NCBI GenBank assembly: GCA_049284935.1
Contig: JBAPYW010000042.1
Location: forward strand, 5,199 to 69,198
DNA length: 64,000 nt
Origin: Xanthobacteraceae bacterium
GTDB taxonomy: Bacteria; Pseudomonadota; Alphaproteobacteria; Rhizobiales; Xanthobacteraceae
Reading direction: 5' to 3'
In this document: in pieces, positions 52,886 through 62,454 of the stretch
Numbering within the stretch: position 1 is the first letter of the stretch
How the letters are laid out: each line of letters starts with the position of its first letter
Translations under genes and position numbers: made by a program
The notes under the pieces: model-generated
Databases searched by the model: none
What the model saw: the letters and a program-made list of their open reading frames with translations, nothing else
What the model was told of the DNA's origin: nothing

Positions 52886-54091
52886 ATGGAAGCCGTCATG
52901 AATAGCATGCCCAACCCGCGGCCCGACGCCCCGGCGCCGCCCGCCAATCCTCGGTCGCTGTATTTCTCGGAGGAGCATGAGCTGCTTCGCGCCCAGGTGC
53001 GCCGTTTCGTCGAAACCGAGATCAAGCCGAATGCGCAAGCCTGGGAAGAGCAGGGGTTTGTGCCGCGCGAAGTGCTGCGGCGCATGGGCAGCCTGGGATT
53101 TTTCGGCATCCGTTATCCGGCCCGCTATGGCGGATCGGAGATGGATACGCTGGCAACCGTCGTATTCGCCGAAGAGCTCGGCCGCTCGACCTTCAGCGGG
53201 GTGGCGACGACGGCTCTGGTCCACTCCGAGATGGCTTCCATCCACGTCTTCCGTTCCGGCAGCGAGGCGCAAAAGGACAAATGGATGCCGGGCATCATTG
53301 CCGGCGAGGTCATCACCGCCGTCGCCGTCACCGAGCCGGATGCCGGCTCCGACGTGAAGGGCATCCGCACCGTCGCGCGGCGCGATGGCGATTTCTATGT
53401 CATCGACGGCGCGAAAATGTTCATCACCAACGGCGTCTACGGCGATCTCTATTGCGTCGCGGCGAAGACCGATCGCTCCGGCCCGCCGAGCCAGTCGATC
53501 ACCATGTTCCTGGTGGAGAAGGGCACGCCCGGCCTGACCGTCAGCCGCTTGCTCGACAAGCACGGCTGGCGATCGTCCGACACCGCCGAGCTGCGTTTCG
53601 AAGGTTGCCGCATTCCCGTCGAGAACCGGCTCGGCGACGAAGGGCGCGGGTTCTACGCCATCATGAAGAATTTTCAGAACGAGCGAACCACGATCGGCGC
53701 GGTGGCGATGGGCGAAGCGCAGGCCGCGCTCGAACTCACGCTCGATTATGTGCGCACCCGCAAGGCGTTCGGCGCTCCGCTGTGGCAGCGGGAGACGATC
53801 CGGCAGCGCCTGGCGATGCTCGCCACCAAGGTCGAGGCCGGCCGGCAGCTCGTCTATCACGCGGCTTGGCTCGACACGCAGGGCGTCGACGCCACCAAGG
53901 AAGTGTCGATGGTCAAGGCCTTTTGCGGCGAGCTGGTCAACGAGGTCATGTACAACTGCGTGCAGTTTCACGGCGGCATGGGCTTCATGCGCGGCACCAC
54001 CATCGAGCGCATGGCGCGCGACGCGCGCGTGCAGAACATCGGCGGCGGCGCCACCGAGGTCATGCTTGAAGAGGTGGCGAAGCGGCTCTAA
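52886..54091 (+). CDS. acyl-CoA dehydrogenase
   Basis: The N-terminal helical domain (EEHELLRAQVRRFVETEI), the middle beta domain (TEPDAGSDVKGIRT.A.RDGD.YVIDGAKMFITNG) and the C-terminal QFHGGMGFM...R.ARV..IGGG..EVM are present. The start is ATG 52886, 52898 or 52907. Confidence 0.9.
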   Translation: MEAVMNSMPNPRPDAPAPPANPRSLYFSEEHELLRAQVRRFVETEIKPNAQAWEEQGFVPREVLRRMGSLGFFGIRYPARYGGSEMDTLATVVFAEELGRSTFSGVATTALVHSEMASIHVFRSGSEAQKDKWMPGIIAGEVITAVAVTEPDAGSDVKGIRTVARRDGDFYVIDGAKMFITNGVYGDLYCVAAKTDRSGPPSQSITMFLVEKGTPGLTVSRLLDKHGWRSSDTAELRFEGCRIPVENRLGDEGRGFYAIMKNFQNERTTIGAVAMGEAQAALELTLDYVRTRKAFGAPLWQRETIRQRLAMLATKVEAGRQLVYHAAWLDTQGVDATKEVSMVKAFCGELVNEVMYNCVQFHGGMGFMRGTTIERMARDARVQNIGGGATEVMLEEVAKRL

Positions 54092-54186
54092 TAGAGCCAG
54101 AAGCGCCGGTGCAGCCTTGGCAATGACGGCAGGTTTGATACTCTGCACGCCGATCGGATTCTCGCAAATCGACAGAAGGGACCCCC

Positions 54187-54654
54187 ATGCGACGCATGTT
54201 GACTATTGCTGCTATGTTTGCGCTCGCCTTGCCAAACCTGGCCGCGGCTGAGGAGCCTCATCCACATGGGAAACCCGGCGGCGCAAAGCCGGCCCCGCAC
54301 GGACCGGTGGGGGCGCCGCATCCCGGCGGTCCGCACGGGCTACCGCCCGGCCCGCGCGGCGGCCCGGTGGCGGGTCCGCACGGCGGCCCGTTGAACTTCC
54401 GCGGCCACGAGATCCATCGGGCGCATCTTGCGCCGTTCGCTTATCCGCCCGGCTATCGCTACCAGCGTTGGGCCGCCGGCATGGTGTTGCCGCCCCTGTT
54501 TTTGGTGCCGGCTTATTTCTATGCCGATTGGGCGGCGCTCGGCTTGGTGGCGCCCGAAGCTGGCTTCCAATGGGTGCGCTATGGACCGGATCTGCTGCTG
54601 GTCAACGTGACGACCGGCCAAGTCGTCGATGCGGTTTACGGCGTGTTCTATTAG
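54187..54654 (+). CDS. RcnB-family periplasmic protein with His/Pro/Gly-rich N-terminal region
   Basis: It has a signal peptide (MRRMLTIAAMFALALPNLAAA) and a HPHGKPGG...PHGP...PHPGGPHG tract. The C-terminal G.VLP.......DW..LGL..P..G.QWVRYG.D.LLV...TG.V..V matches RcnB/YohN. AAGGGA precedes the start. Confidence 0.75.
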   Translation: MRRMLTIAAMFALALPNLAAAEEPHPHGKPGGAKPAPHGPVGAPHPGGPHGLPPGPRGGPVAGPHGGPLNFRGHEIHRAHLAPFAYPPGYRYQRWAAGMVLPPLFLVPAYFYADWAALGLVAPEAGFQWVRYGPDLLLVNVTTGQVVDAVYGVFY

Positions 54655-54718
54655 AAATCCATGGTGGCGGACTTAAGCCGCCGCTCGGCCTCAGCCCGCC
54701 GCCCGCCGCCGCAGCACA

Positions 54719-54746
54719 GCGCAAGTCGGAAGCTTCCGACTTGCGC
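54719..54746. terminator. perfect 28-bp palindrome between convergent genes
   Basis: GCGCAAGTCGGAAG|CTTCCGACTTGCGC is centred on AAGCTT. It has no flanking U-tracts. It may act as an RNA hairpin, a terminator or a protein-binding site. Confidence 0.4.
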
Positions 54747-54811
54747 CACTGGTCAGCGTGCCCGTCGCCGCCGGCGGCTCGCGGCTTGGTCGTAACGATC
54801 GCCGAGCGCGC

Positions 54812-56380
54812 TCATTTCACTCCGTACTTCGCCCACTGCTCGGCGATGTTGGCACGGATCGCCTTGGCCGCCGTCATGTCGGCCTCGGCGCCGGTAGTAT
54901 CGCCCTTCTTCTGCTTGACCACGCCGCGGCCGTAGAGCGAGCCCGCCAGCTTCGGGTTGAGCTTGAGCGCGGCGTCGTAATCGGCCAGTGCTTTGTCGAG
55001 ATCGCCAAGTTTGAGGTAGACCAGCGCCCGGCTGTCGATCGTGTTGGCATCGTCCGGCCGCAGCCGCAACGATTCGTTGCAGTCCGTCAGCGCCGGTTGC
55101 AGCTGGTCGATGAGGGCGCGGTCCCAGCACCGGTAGTTCCACCAATTGGCATTGGTCGGTTGCAGGCCGATGAGTTGATCGAATCCTTCGATCGCCTGCG
55201 CGTATTGACCCTTGTTCTCGTAGGCGATGGAGCGGTTGTTGAAGGCCGCGCTGTAAGACGGATCGATGCGGATGGCCTCGTTATAGTCGGCGATGGCGCG
55301 GTCGTAGTCTTTCTTCTTGGCGTAGGTGTAACCGCGGTCATTGTAGGCGATGGCATATTTCGGATCGACGCGGATCGCGTCGCTGTAGTCGGCGATGGCG
55401 CGATCATTGTCGCCCTTGGCGGCGTAGGCGTCACCGCGGTTGTCGTAGGCGGTGGCATATCGGGGATCGAGCGCGAGCGCCTCGTTATAGTCGCCAATGG
55501 CGCGGTCGTAGTCGCTCTTTCGGGCATAGGCGAGGCCGCGGTTGTTGAAAGCGGTCGCGTATTTGGAATCGATCCGCATCGCCTCACTGTAGTCGGCGAT
55601 GGCGCGGTCGTAGTCTTTTTTGTCGAAATGGACGTTGGCCCGGCCGTTATAGGGAAGGGCGCTCCTGGGATCGAGCTGGATCGCCTCGTTGTAGTCCGGC
55701 AATGCGCGGTCGATATCGCCCTTGGATCGGTAGGCGTTGCCGCGACCGTTGTGCGGACTCGCGTATTTGGGATCCAGGCGGATGGATTCGCTATAGTCGG
55801 CAATGGCCCGGTCGTAGTCCTTCTTGGCCTGATAGGCGTTGCCGCGGCCGTTATAGGCGAGCGCATAGCCGCGATCGAGGCGGATTGCCTGGCTGTATTC
55901 GGCGATGGCGCGATCGTAGTCCTTCTTGCCTTGATAGGCGTTGCCGCGGCCGTTGTAGGGCGAGGCGTATTTGGGATCGAGCCGGATCGCCTCGTTGTAT
56001 TCGGCGATGGCGCGGTCGTAGTCCTTCTTGTCCTGGTAGACGTTGCCGCGGCCGTTGTAAGGGTAGGTGTATTTGGGATCGAGCCGGATCGCCTGGTTAT
56101 AGTCGGCGAGCGCGTTGTCATTGTCGTTCTTGGCGCGGTAGCCATTGCCGCGGTTGTTGAAGGCGATCGAGAGGTTTTTCTTGGTCTCCTTGCCGGACTG
56201 GATGACGGTGGTGCAGCCGCTGACCTGCAGATCGGGCGAGGCTTTCTCCTTGTTGACGCACCAGGTCCATGCCTGCGAGAGCTGCGCGCTGGCGCTCCCG
56301 GCGGTAAAAATGCTGGCAGCGACGGCAGCCGCCACGGCGCCCACGCGACGGATTGCAATTCTGCGTAAAGTCGTGGCCAT
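54812..56380 (-). CDS. secreted tetratricopeptide-repeat (TPR) protein with about a dozen tandem 34-aa units
   Basis: It has a signal peptide (AVAAAVAASIFTAGSASAQ). Repeated units follow the form Y.NRG.AY..K.DYDRAIADY.EAIRLDPKYA.A. The DNA shows about 102-bp tandem periodicity with high identity between central units (for example 55900-56100). Confidence 0.85.
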   Translation of the reverse strand: MATTLRRIAIRRVGAVAAAVAASIFTAGSASAQLSQAWTWCVNKEKASPDLQVSGCTTVIQSGKETKKNLSIAFNNRGNGYRAKNDNDNALADYNQAIRLDPKYTYPYNGRGNVYQDKKDYDRAIAEYNEAIRLDPKYASPYNGRGNAYQGKKDYDRAIAEYSQAIRLDRGYALAYNGRGNAYQAKKDYDRAIADYSESIRLDPKYASPHNGRGNAYRSKGDIDRALPDYNEAIQLDPRSALPYNGRANVHFDKKDYDRAIADYSEAMRIDSKYATAFNNRGLAYARKSDYDRAIGDYNEALALDPRYATAYDNRGDAYAAKGDNDRAIADYSDAIRVDPKYAIAYNDRGYTYAKKKDYDRAIADYNEAIRIDPSYSAAFNNRSIAYENKGQYAQAIEGFDQLIGLQPTNANWWNYRCWDRALIDQLQPALTDCNESLRLRPDDANTIDSRALVYLKLGDLDKALADYDAALKLNPKLAGSLYGRGVVKQKKGDTTGAEADMTAAKAIRANIAEQWAKYGVK

Positions 56381-56525
56381 ATCACCGTCCCCGCGTTGCG
56401 ACCTTCCCAGCGCAGGCTAGCACGAGACCGAGCGGAAAGCCCGGCCTCAATACGGCCCGCGGTCGCTGCCCTCGATCGGCTGATAAGCGCTGCGTCCAGG
56501 TTCGCCCGCGTCGTGCTGATCCGCC

Positions 56526-57644
56526 TCAGCCTGCCGTCTGCGCCCGCTTCGGAAACAACTGCGGCCGCAGCTTCGGATGGCACGCCATCATCTTCGGCGC
56601 ATAAGCCGTGTCGGCCCCGAGTTCCTCGGCGGCGTGCCAGGCCCAGCGCGGATCCCACATGGCGCCGCGCGCCAGGCAGATCAGGTCGCTGTTGCCGGAC
56701 GCCACGATGTCTTCGGCCTGCCGGTAGCCAGCGATCAAGCCGACGGTCATGGTGGTGATGCCGCTCTCGCGCTTGACCTTCTCGGCGAACCGCACCTGAT
56801 AGCCCGGGGCCAGTGGGATCTTCTGACGCGGATCAAGGCCGCCGCTGGATACGTCCATATAGTCCATGCCGCGCTGTTTCAGCTCTTTGGCCAACACGAC
56901 GGTTTCTTGCGGGGTCCAGCCGCCGTCGACCCAGTCGGTGGCGGAGACACGCATGCCGAGCGGCTTGTGTTCCGGCCAGACGGCGCGCACCGCCTCGAAC
57001 ATCTCGATTGCAAAGCGCATGCGATTTTCGGTCGAGCCGCCATATTCGTCGGTGCGCTGATTCGAGAGCGGCGAAAGGAATTGATGGGCAAGATAACCGT
57101 GAGCGCCGTGCAGCTCGATCACGTCGTAGCCGATGCGATCGACCCGCTTAGCGGCAGCGGCGAACTCGCCGAGGCAGCGCTTGATGTCGTCTTTGGTCAT
57201 GGCGTGCGGCACCGGCCAGCCTGTGTCGTAAGGGATGGCCGACGGCGCCTCCGGCGTCCAGCCGCCCTCCTCTTTGGTCAGTATCGGCTTGCCGCCCGCC
57301 GCCGGGGGCGTCGTCGGACCTTTGCGTCCGGCATGGGCAAGCTGCACGCCGAGTTTGGCCACGCCGTAGCTGCGGCAGAAATCGTGCACGCGTTTGAGCG
57401 CCGCCTCGTTATCGTCGGAATACATGCCGGCGCATTTGGGAGTAATCCGTCCGATCGGAGTGACGTCGGTCATCTCGCACATCACCAGTCCGGCGCAACC
57501 GAGCGAGAAGCTGCCGAGATGCATCAGGTGCCAATCGTTCGCCGATCCGTCGTTGGAGTTGTACTGGCACATCGGCGAGACGACGACGCGATTGGGCAGT
57601 GTGAGCCGGCGCAGCGCAATGGGGGAAAACAAGACGCTAGCCAT
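56526..57644 (-). CDS. NADH:flavin oxidoreductase (Old Yellow Enzyme family)
   Basis: LFSPIALRRLTLPNRVVVSPMCQY, DWHLMHLGS, GVQLAHAGRK and ELHGAHGYL.HQFLSP..N.RTDEYGGS.ENR are present. ATG 57644. Confidence 0.9.
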   Translation of the reverse strand: MASVLFSPIALRRLTLPNRVVVSPMCQYNSNDGSANDWHLMHLGSFSLGCAGLVMCEMTDVTPIGRITPKCAGMYSDDNEAALKRVHDFCRSYGVAKLGVQLAHAGRKGPTTPPAAGGKPILTKEEGGWTPEAPSAIPYDTGWPVPHAMTKDDIKRCLGEFAAAAKRVDRIGYDVIELHGAHGYLAHQFLSPLSNQRTDEYGGSTENRMRFAIEMFEAVRAVWPEHKPLGMRVSATDWVDGGWTPQETVVLAKELKQRGMDYMDVSSGGLDPRQKIPLAPGYQVRFAEKVKRESGITTMTVGLIAGYRQAEDIVASGNSDLICLARGAMWDPRWAWHAAEELGADTAYAPKMMACHPKLRPQLFPKRAQTAG

Positions 57645-57716
57645 TTTTGAGATCCTTTCGGTGTCGAGATTGCGGAGGGCAAGCCAAGCCATCAGTGCGG
57701 GAGCGCCGCCGCCGTT

Positions 57717-58322
57717 TTAGCGGAAGCGCGCGAGGTAGTACGCGAGATCGAGAATTTGCGCGTCGGAGATCGGGGCGAGCACCTCGGCCATGACGCCATC
57801 GTAGCCTTGACGAGCATTGCTCTTATAGTCGCGCAACGTCTTGACCAGATAATCCTCGCGCTGGTCGGCGATGCGCGGAATATTTTCGCGGCCGGTCAAA
57901 TCCAGATTGTGGCAAGTGTTGCAGCGGTGTTGCCCGATCAACGCGCGGCCGTTCTGCAGCCGGGCGGCGTCCGGCACATCCGCCGGCGGTTGTGGCGGCT
58001 GCGGCGGCGGCAGCTTGGCGATCGCATCGGCGAATGCGCGCAGATCGTCGTCGGTGAAGTCGAGGGTCATGTCGTTCATGATCTCGGCGACGCGTTGCTT
58101 TTCCCGAAACAGATAAAGCTGGATCAAGAGATAGGGCGCCGGCTGGCCGCCGAGCGAAGGAACTTCCACAGTTTCCGATTGGCCATTCGCGCCGTGGCAG
58201 GCAAGGCACGGCGCCATGCGCTCGGCCAAGGCAGCGGCGAAAAGCGGCTGGCCGGCGACGCCGATCAGCGCCATCGCCGCGGCAAGCCGCGGCAGCAATT
58301 TCATCGTTCGGGACATGGTCAT
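57717..58322 (-). CDS. dihaem c-type cytochrome (c4-like)
   Basis: It has two CxxCH motifs (CLACH and CNTCH) and a signal peptide (MKLLPRLAAAMALIGVAG). The start is 58322, 58316 or 58304. It lies 47 nt downstream of the PQQ dehydrogenase gene. Confidence 0.8.
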   Translation of the reverse strand: MTMSRTMKLLPRLAAAMALIGVAGQPLFAAALAERMAPCLACHGANGQSETVEVPSLGGQPAPYLLIQLYLFREKQRVAEIMNDMTLDFTDDDLRAFADAIAKLPPPQPPQPPADVPDAARLQNGRALIGQHRCNTCHNLDLTGRENIPRIADQREDYLVKTLRDYKSNARQGYDGVMAEVLAPISDAQILDLAYYLARFR

Positions 58323-58368
58323 CGTGAAAAGATGCAGCGAACGACGAAGCGTTCGCTGCATACTCCCG

Positions 58369-59661
58369 TCAGCGGCCGGCGCTGTGAGCCTTGCCGTAGG
58401 TGATGCGATAAACCGCGCCGTTCCAATCGTCGGAAACCAGCATCGAGCCGTCACGCAAGATCTCCACGTCTACCGGGCGGCCGATGTAATTGTTGTTTTC
58501 GATGAACCCGGTGAGGAACGGCTCCGAAGATTTCACCGTGCCGTCTTTGTTGAGATAGACGACCAGGATGTCGCCGCCGAACTTCTTGGTACGGTTCCAC
58601 GAGCCGTGGCGCGCGAGGAAGATGGCGTTCTTGTACTTCTTCGGAAACATGCTGCCGGTATAGAAGCGCAGCCCGAGGCCGGCAGAGTGCGGGCCGGTCA
58701 GCAGGATCGGCGGCACGAACTCGCTGCAGCTGTGGCCCCAGCCGAATTCCGGATCAGGCAGATTGCCCTGGTAGCAGTAGGGCGCGCCGAAGTCCTCGCC
58801 CAGCTTGGTGACGCGGTTGAGTTCGTCTTCCGGCATGTCCTCCGAGACCCAGTCGCGGCCGTTGTCGGAGAAGTAGAGCTGCTTGTTGAGCGGATTCCAG
58901 TCGAAGCCGACCGAATTGCGCACGCCAAGCGCGACCGTTTCTCTGCCGGTGCCGTCGAGATTGATGCGCCGGATCTGGCCGTGATCGGCGTCATGCAGCA
59001 CGTTGTTGCCCGGCTGGCCGACCGGAATGTAGAGCTTGTTGTCGGGACCGATGCCGATGAACTTCCAGCCGTGCGCCTCGTCCTTCGGCAGATCGGTGTA
59101 GATCACCGTCGGCTTCGGCGGATTGTCGAGATTGGCCTCGACGTTGTCGATCTTGGAAATCTGCGACACCTCGGCGATGTAGAGCGTGCCGTGGTGATAG
59201 GCGAGCCCGTTCGGGCGATGCAGGTCGGAGGCGACCGTCTTCAGCTCGGTCTTGCCGTCCTGCTTGACGACGGCGGTGACCTTGTTGCCGAAGCGCGTGC
59301 CGACGAACACGGTGCCCTTGTCGCCGACCCGCAGCGAGCGCGCATTGGCGATGCCGCTGGCATAGACCTCGATATGAAAGCCGGCCGGCAGCTTGAGCTT
59401 GGCGGTTGGCAGCTTGTCGGGCGGCGCCGGCAGCGGTGGCGGCGCGACCGGCGCGAGCTTGGCGGCGGCCGTGTTGCCTTCGGGTCGGCCGATCAGCGGC
59501 GAGCCGGGCGGCAGCGCGGGCGCGGCAGCCGGCGTAGCGGCCGGGGCAGCAGCGGGCGGAGACGCAGGCGGTTGCCGAGCGAAGACCGGGGCCGCGGACA
59601 GGAAGCCGGCGATGGTGCCGGCAAACAGCATGCTGCGCCGGGCGGTTACACACGCAATCAT
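58369..59661 (-). CDS. PQQ-dependent sugar (sorbosone/glucose) dehydrogenase family protein
   Basis: ATG 59661 is preceded by GGGAGGA. It has a signal peptide, a Pro/Ala linker and a beta-propeller pattern (HRPNGLAYHHGTLYIAE, GWKFIGIGPDNKLYIPVG, IRRINLDGTG.E..A.GVRNSVGFDW, LYFSDNGRD). It forms an operon with the cytochrome c gene. Confidence 0.85.
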   Translation of the reverse strand: MIACVTARRSMLFAGTIAGFLSAAPVFARQPPASPPAAAPAATPAAAPALPPGSPLIGRPEGNTAAAKLAPVAPPPLPAPPDKLPTAKLKLPAGFHIEVYASGIANARSLRVGDKGTVFVGTRFGNKVTAVVKQDGKTELKTVASDLHRPNGLAYHHGTLYIAEVSQISKIDNVEANLDNPPKPTVIYTDLPKDEAHGWKFIGIGPDNKLYIPVGQPGNNVLHDADHGQIRRINLDGTGRETVALGVRNSVGFDWNPLNKQLYFSDNGRDWVSEDMPEDELNRVTKLGEDFGAPYCYQGNLPDPEFGWGHSCSEFVPPILLTGPHSAGLGLRFYTGSMFPKKYKNAIFLARHGSWNRTKKFGGDILVVYLNKDGTVKSSEPFLTGFIENNNYIGRPVDVEILRDGSMLVSDDWNGAVYRITYGKAHSAGR

Positions 59662-59788
59662 CGGAAGTCCTCCCTGATGTGAACGCGCTTGTCGCTACAG
59701 CCGGTACGCGAGCTCCGGACCCGTAGCGCGCCTCGATGGCAGCAAGTCTCCACCATTTGCCGCCCGGGCTGCAATCGGAGTCTATTCG

Positions 59789-60667
59789 CTAGCGAATGAA
59801 GCTGTAGCGGAATCGCTCGCCGTCCGCCTCGACCAATCCGGCCGTCGGGTGCGGAAAATGGATCGGCAGCACGACGACGCCGGTGCCGGCGATGTCGCCC
59901 AGGAAGCGCCGGCGCGACCGCGCCGCTTGCTGAGGGTCCCAGTCGAAGATCGTCGACCAATCCGGCTCGCGGCACTGCAAGGCGTGATGCATGAGGTCGC
60001 CGATGACGACGGCGCGCTGTCCGCCCGAGCGGATATTGACGCAGCAATGGCACGGCGAATGGCCCGGCGTCGGCGTCAGCCACATCGTATCGTCGAGCGC
60101 GAAGTCGTCGTCGACCAGCAGCGCCTGGCCGGCCGCCACCACCGGCTCGCAGTTGAAGCGCCACACATTGCCGCCGCCGCCGGGCCGGTTCTCGCCGCGT
60201 TTGGTCGACTCCTCCCATGCGGCGTATTCGCCTTTGTGGAACACGTATTTCGCCTTCGGGAAGGTCGGTACCCAGCGGCCGTCGCGCAACATGGTGTTCC
60301 AGCCGCTATGGTCGATGTGCAGATGGGTGCAAAACACGTAGTCGATGTCCTCGAACCGCAGACCGGCGGCGGCGAAGCCGTCGACCCAGGGCTGCTTGGG
60401 GAAGTCGAATGGCGGCGGATAGCCCTTGTCTTCGCCGGTACAGGTGTCGACCAGGATGGTGTGCTTGGGCGTCCGCACCACGAAGGTCTGATAGGGCATC
60501 ACCATGCGTCCGGACGCCCGGTCGAATACTGCCGGATCGAGCTCGGCGAGATGACGCCGGCCAATGTCGGGGTCATAGGCGGGGAACATGTCCTCCGGCC
60601 GCCGCCACGGCCCGTCGCGTTCGATGATGCTAGTAATGGTGACGTCGCCGATCTCGAGCGTCCGCAT
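59789..60667 (-). CDS. MBL-fold metallo-hydrolase (lactonase-like)
   Basis: The THLHIDHSGWN (HxHxDH) motif, a downstream TPGHSPCH and a DLMHH motif are present. I chose ATG 60667 (MRTLEIGD). Confidence 0.85.
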   Translation of the reverse strand: MRTLEIGDVTITSIIERDGPWRRPEDMFPAYDPDIGRRHLAELDPAVFDRASGRMVMPYQTFVVRTPKHTILVDTCTGEDKGYPPPFDFPKQPWVDGFAAAGLRFEDIDYVFCTHLHIDHSGWNTMLRDGRWVPTFPKAKYVFHKGEYAAWEESTKRGENRPGGGGNVWRFNCEPVVAAGQALLVDDDFALDDTMWLTPTPGHSPCHCCVNIRSGGQRAVVIGDLMHHALQCREPDWSTIFDWDPQQAARSRRRFLGDIAGTGVVVLPIHFPHPTAGLVEADGERFRYSFIR

Positions 60668-61001
60668 GCTGTTCCCGTTCGGATGCGTGGTGGGTTTCAG
60701 TCTTTTGGCTGGTCCCGCGGACGGTAAGGTAAACGACGAAGGCAACATTTACTATCCGATCAAATGTTGCGACGCCGCGCGTCGATAGAAATATACAAAA
60801 TATCGCGAAGCTGTATGGCTTTTGCCGCGTGCCTTTAGATTCCCGGACCGAACAATACGGCCGCTCATATCCTGCAGCAACGCTTCAGGAGCGATCGGCC
60901 GACGCGCGACATCGGTTGCCGGGGATCATCAAGCGCGCGGAGCGCGTGAGCGCGCAGCGATCTGAAAGAGTCCGCAACCGTCGAGGACACAGGAGCATAA
61001 C

Positions 61002-62324
61002 ATGAGCGTGCTGACCGCAGCAGTCGACGTCGCACCGCGAACGTCCGGCGGCAGGCAACGGTCGATGGCCTCCGTGGTGTTCGCTGGATCGATCGGCACC
61101 GTCATCGAATGGTACGACTTTCTAATCTACGGCACCGCGGCGGCCTTGGTCTTCAACAGCTTATTCTTCCCGAACGTCGACCCGTTGACCGGCACGCTGG
61201 CGGCGCTCGGCGCTTACGCGGCCGGCTTTTTCGCCCGCCCGATCGGCGGCATCTTGTTCGGCCATTTCGGCGATCGCATCGGCCGCAAGACAATGCTGAT
61301 GATCACTATGGCGGTGATGGGGCTCGGTACGTTCTGCGTCGGATTGCTGCCGACCTATCATCAGATCGGCATCTGGGCGCCGATCCTGCTCGTTACGCTG
61401 CGCATCGTCCAGGGCATCGGCCTCGGCGGCGAGTGGGGCGGCGCGTCGCTGGTCGTGCTCGAGCACGCGCCGGCAGCTCGGCGCGGGTTTTACGGCAGCC
61501 TGGTGCAGGTCGGCTTCCCGCTCGGCATGTTGACGTCGACCGGCGCCTTTGCGCTGGCGGCGACGCTGCCGCAAGCCTCGTTTATGACCTGGGGCTGGCG
61601 CGTGCCGTTCCTGCTCAGCATCGCGCTTCTTGGCGTCGGCTGGTTCGTGCGCCGGCGCGTTGCGGAAACCCCGGTGTTCGAAGACATCAAGCGGCGCGGC
61701 GATATCGCGCCAAGCCCGTTCCTCGAAACCATCCTGCGCAATCCGCGCAGCTTCCTGGTCGCCGTCGGCCTGAAGATCTCCGAAGTGTCGTGGGTCTATA
61801 TCCTCACCATCTTTGCCGTGGTGTACGCCACAACCAAGCTTGGAGTCTCCAAGCAGCTGATGCTGGATGCGATCATCGTCGCCGCGCTGGTCGCCGTGGC
61901 GGCCATCCCGCTGTTCGGCTGGCTGAGCGACATCTTCGGTCGGCGGGCACTTTATTTCGCCGGCACGCTGTTCACGATGGGCTTCGCCTTCCCGCTGTTC
62001 TGGCTGCTCGACAGCAAAAATCCCGCCATCATCATCCTGACGGTGACGGTGGCGCTCAGCCTCGGTCAAGGCACCATGTTCGGGTTGCAGTCGACCTATT
62101 TTCCCGAGCTGTTCGGCACGCGCGTGCGCTACACCGGCGCCTCGCTCGGGTTCCAGCTTGCGGCCGCCATCGGCGGCGGGCTGACGCCGCTGTTCGCCAC
62201 GTCGCTGGCGAACTACACCGGCGGCACTGCCGGCGTCTCGCTGATGTTGATCCTCTTGGCGGCGATCACCTTCGTCGCGGCGTTGTGCGCGCCGGAAACA
62301 AGAGGCCAATCGTTGCGCCGCTGA
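61002..62324 (+). CDS. MFS transporter, metabolite:H+ symporter (MHS) family
   Basis: AGGAG precedes the start. GTVIEWYDFLIYGTAAALVFN..FFP, RPIGGILFGHFGDRIGRK and GLGGEWGGA are classic MHS (KgtP/ProP/ShiA-like) motifs. Confidence 0.9.
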   Translation: MSVLTAAVDVAPRTSGGRQRSMASVVFAGSIGTVIEWYDFLIYGTAAALVFNSLFFPNVDPLTGTLAALGAYAAGFFARPIGGILFGHFGDRIGRKTMLMITMAVMGLGTFCVGLLPTYHQIGIWAPILLVTLRIVQGIGLGGEWGGASLVVLEHAPAARRGFYGSLVQVGFPLGMLTSTGAFALAATLPQASFMTWGWRVPFLLSIALLGVGWFVRRRVAETPVFEDIKRRGDIAPSPFLETILRNPRSFLVAVGLKISEVSWVYILTIFAVVYATTKLGVSKQLMLDAIIVAALVAVAAIPLFGWLSDIFGRRALYFAGTLFTMGFAFPLFWLLDSKNPAIIILTVTVALSLGQGTMFGLQSTYFPELFGTRVRYTGASLGFQLAAAIGGGLTPLFATSLANYTGGTAGVSLMLILLAAITFVAALCAPETRGQSLRR

Positions 62325-62454
62325 CGGTAACGGCCGGCCGCGCGGCGCGACCTCGATTATGAATAGCATTCGAATGCCGCCTTCAGCATTCGTACATCCG
62401 GCATGTGGTGTTTCTACCTGCGGGCAGGGGCAAGACCGCAGAAGGACAAGCCAG

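Noticed and set aside
54758-56658. Two very long ORFs overlapping the TPR gene: 536 aa on the plus strand and 523 aa in an alternate minus-strand frame.
   Set aside because: Their translations are monotonous (GDGAVVV... and Pro/Thr/Ala/Arg-rich), simply echoing the 102-bp DNA repeat. Only the TPR frame gives a recognisable fold, a signal peptide and a sensible start.
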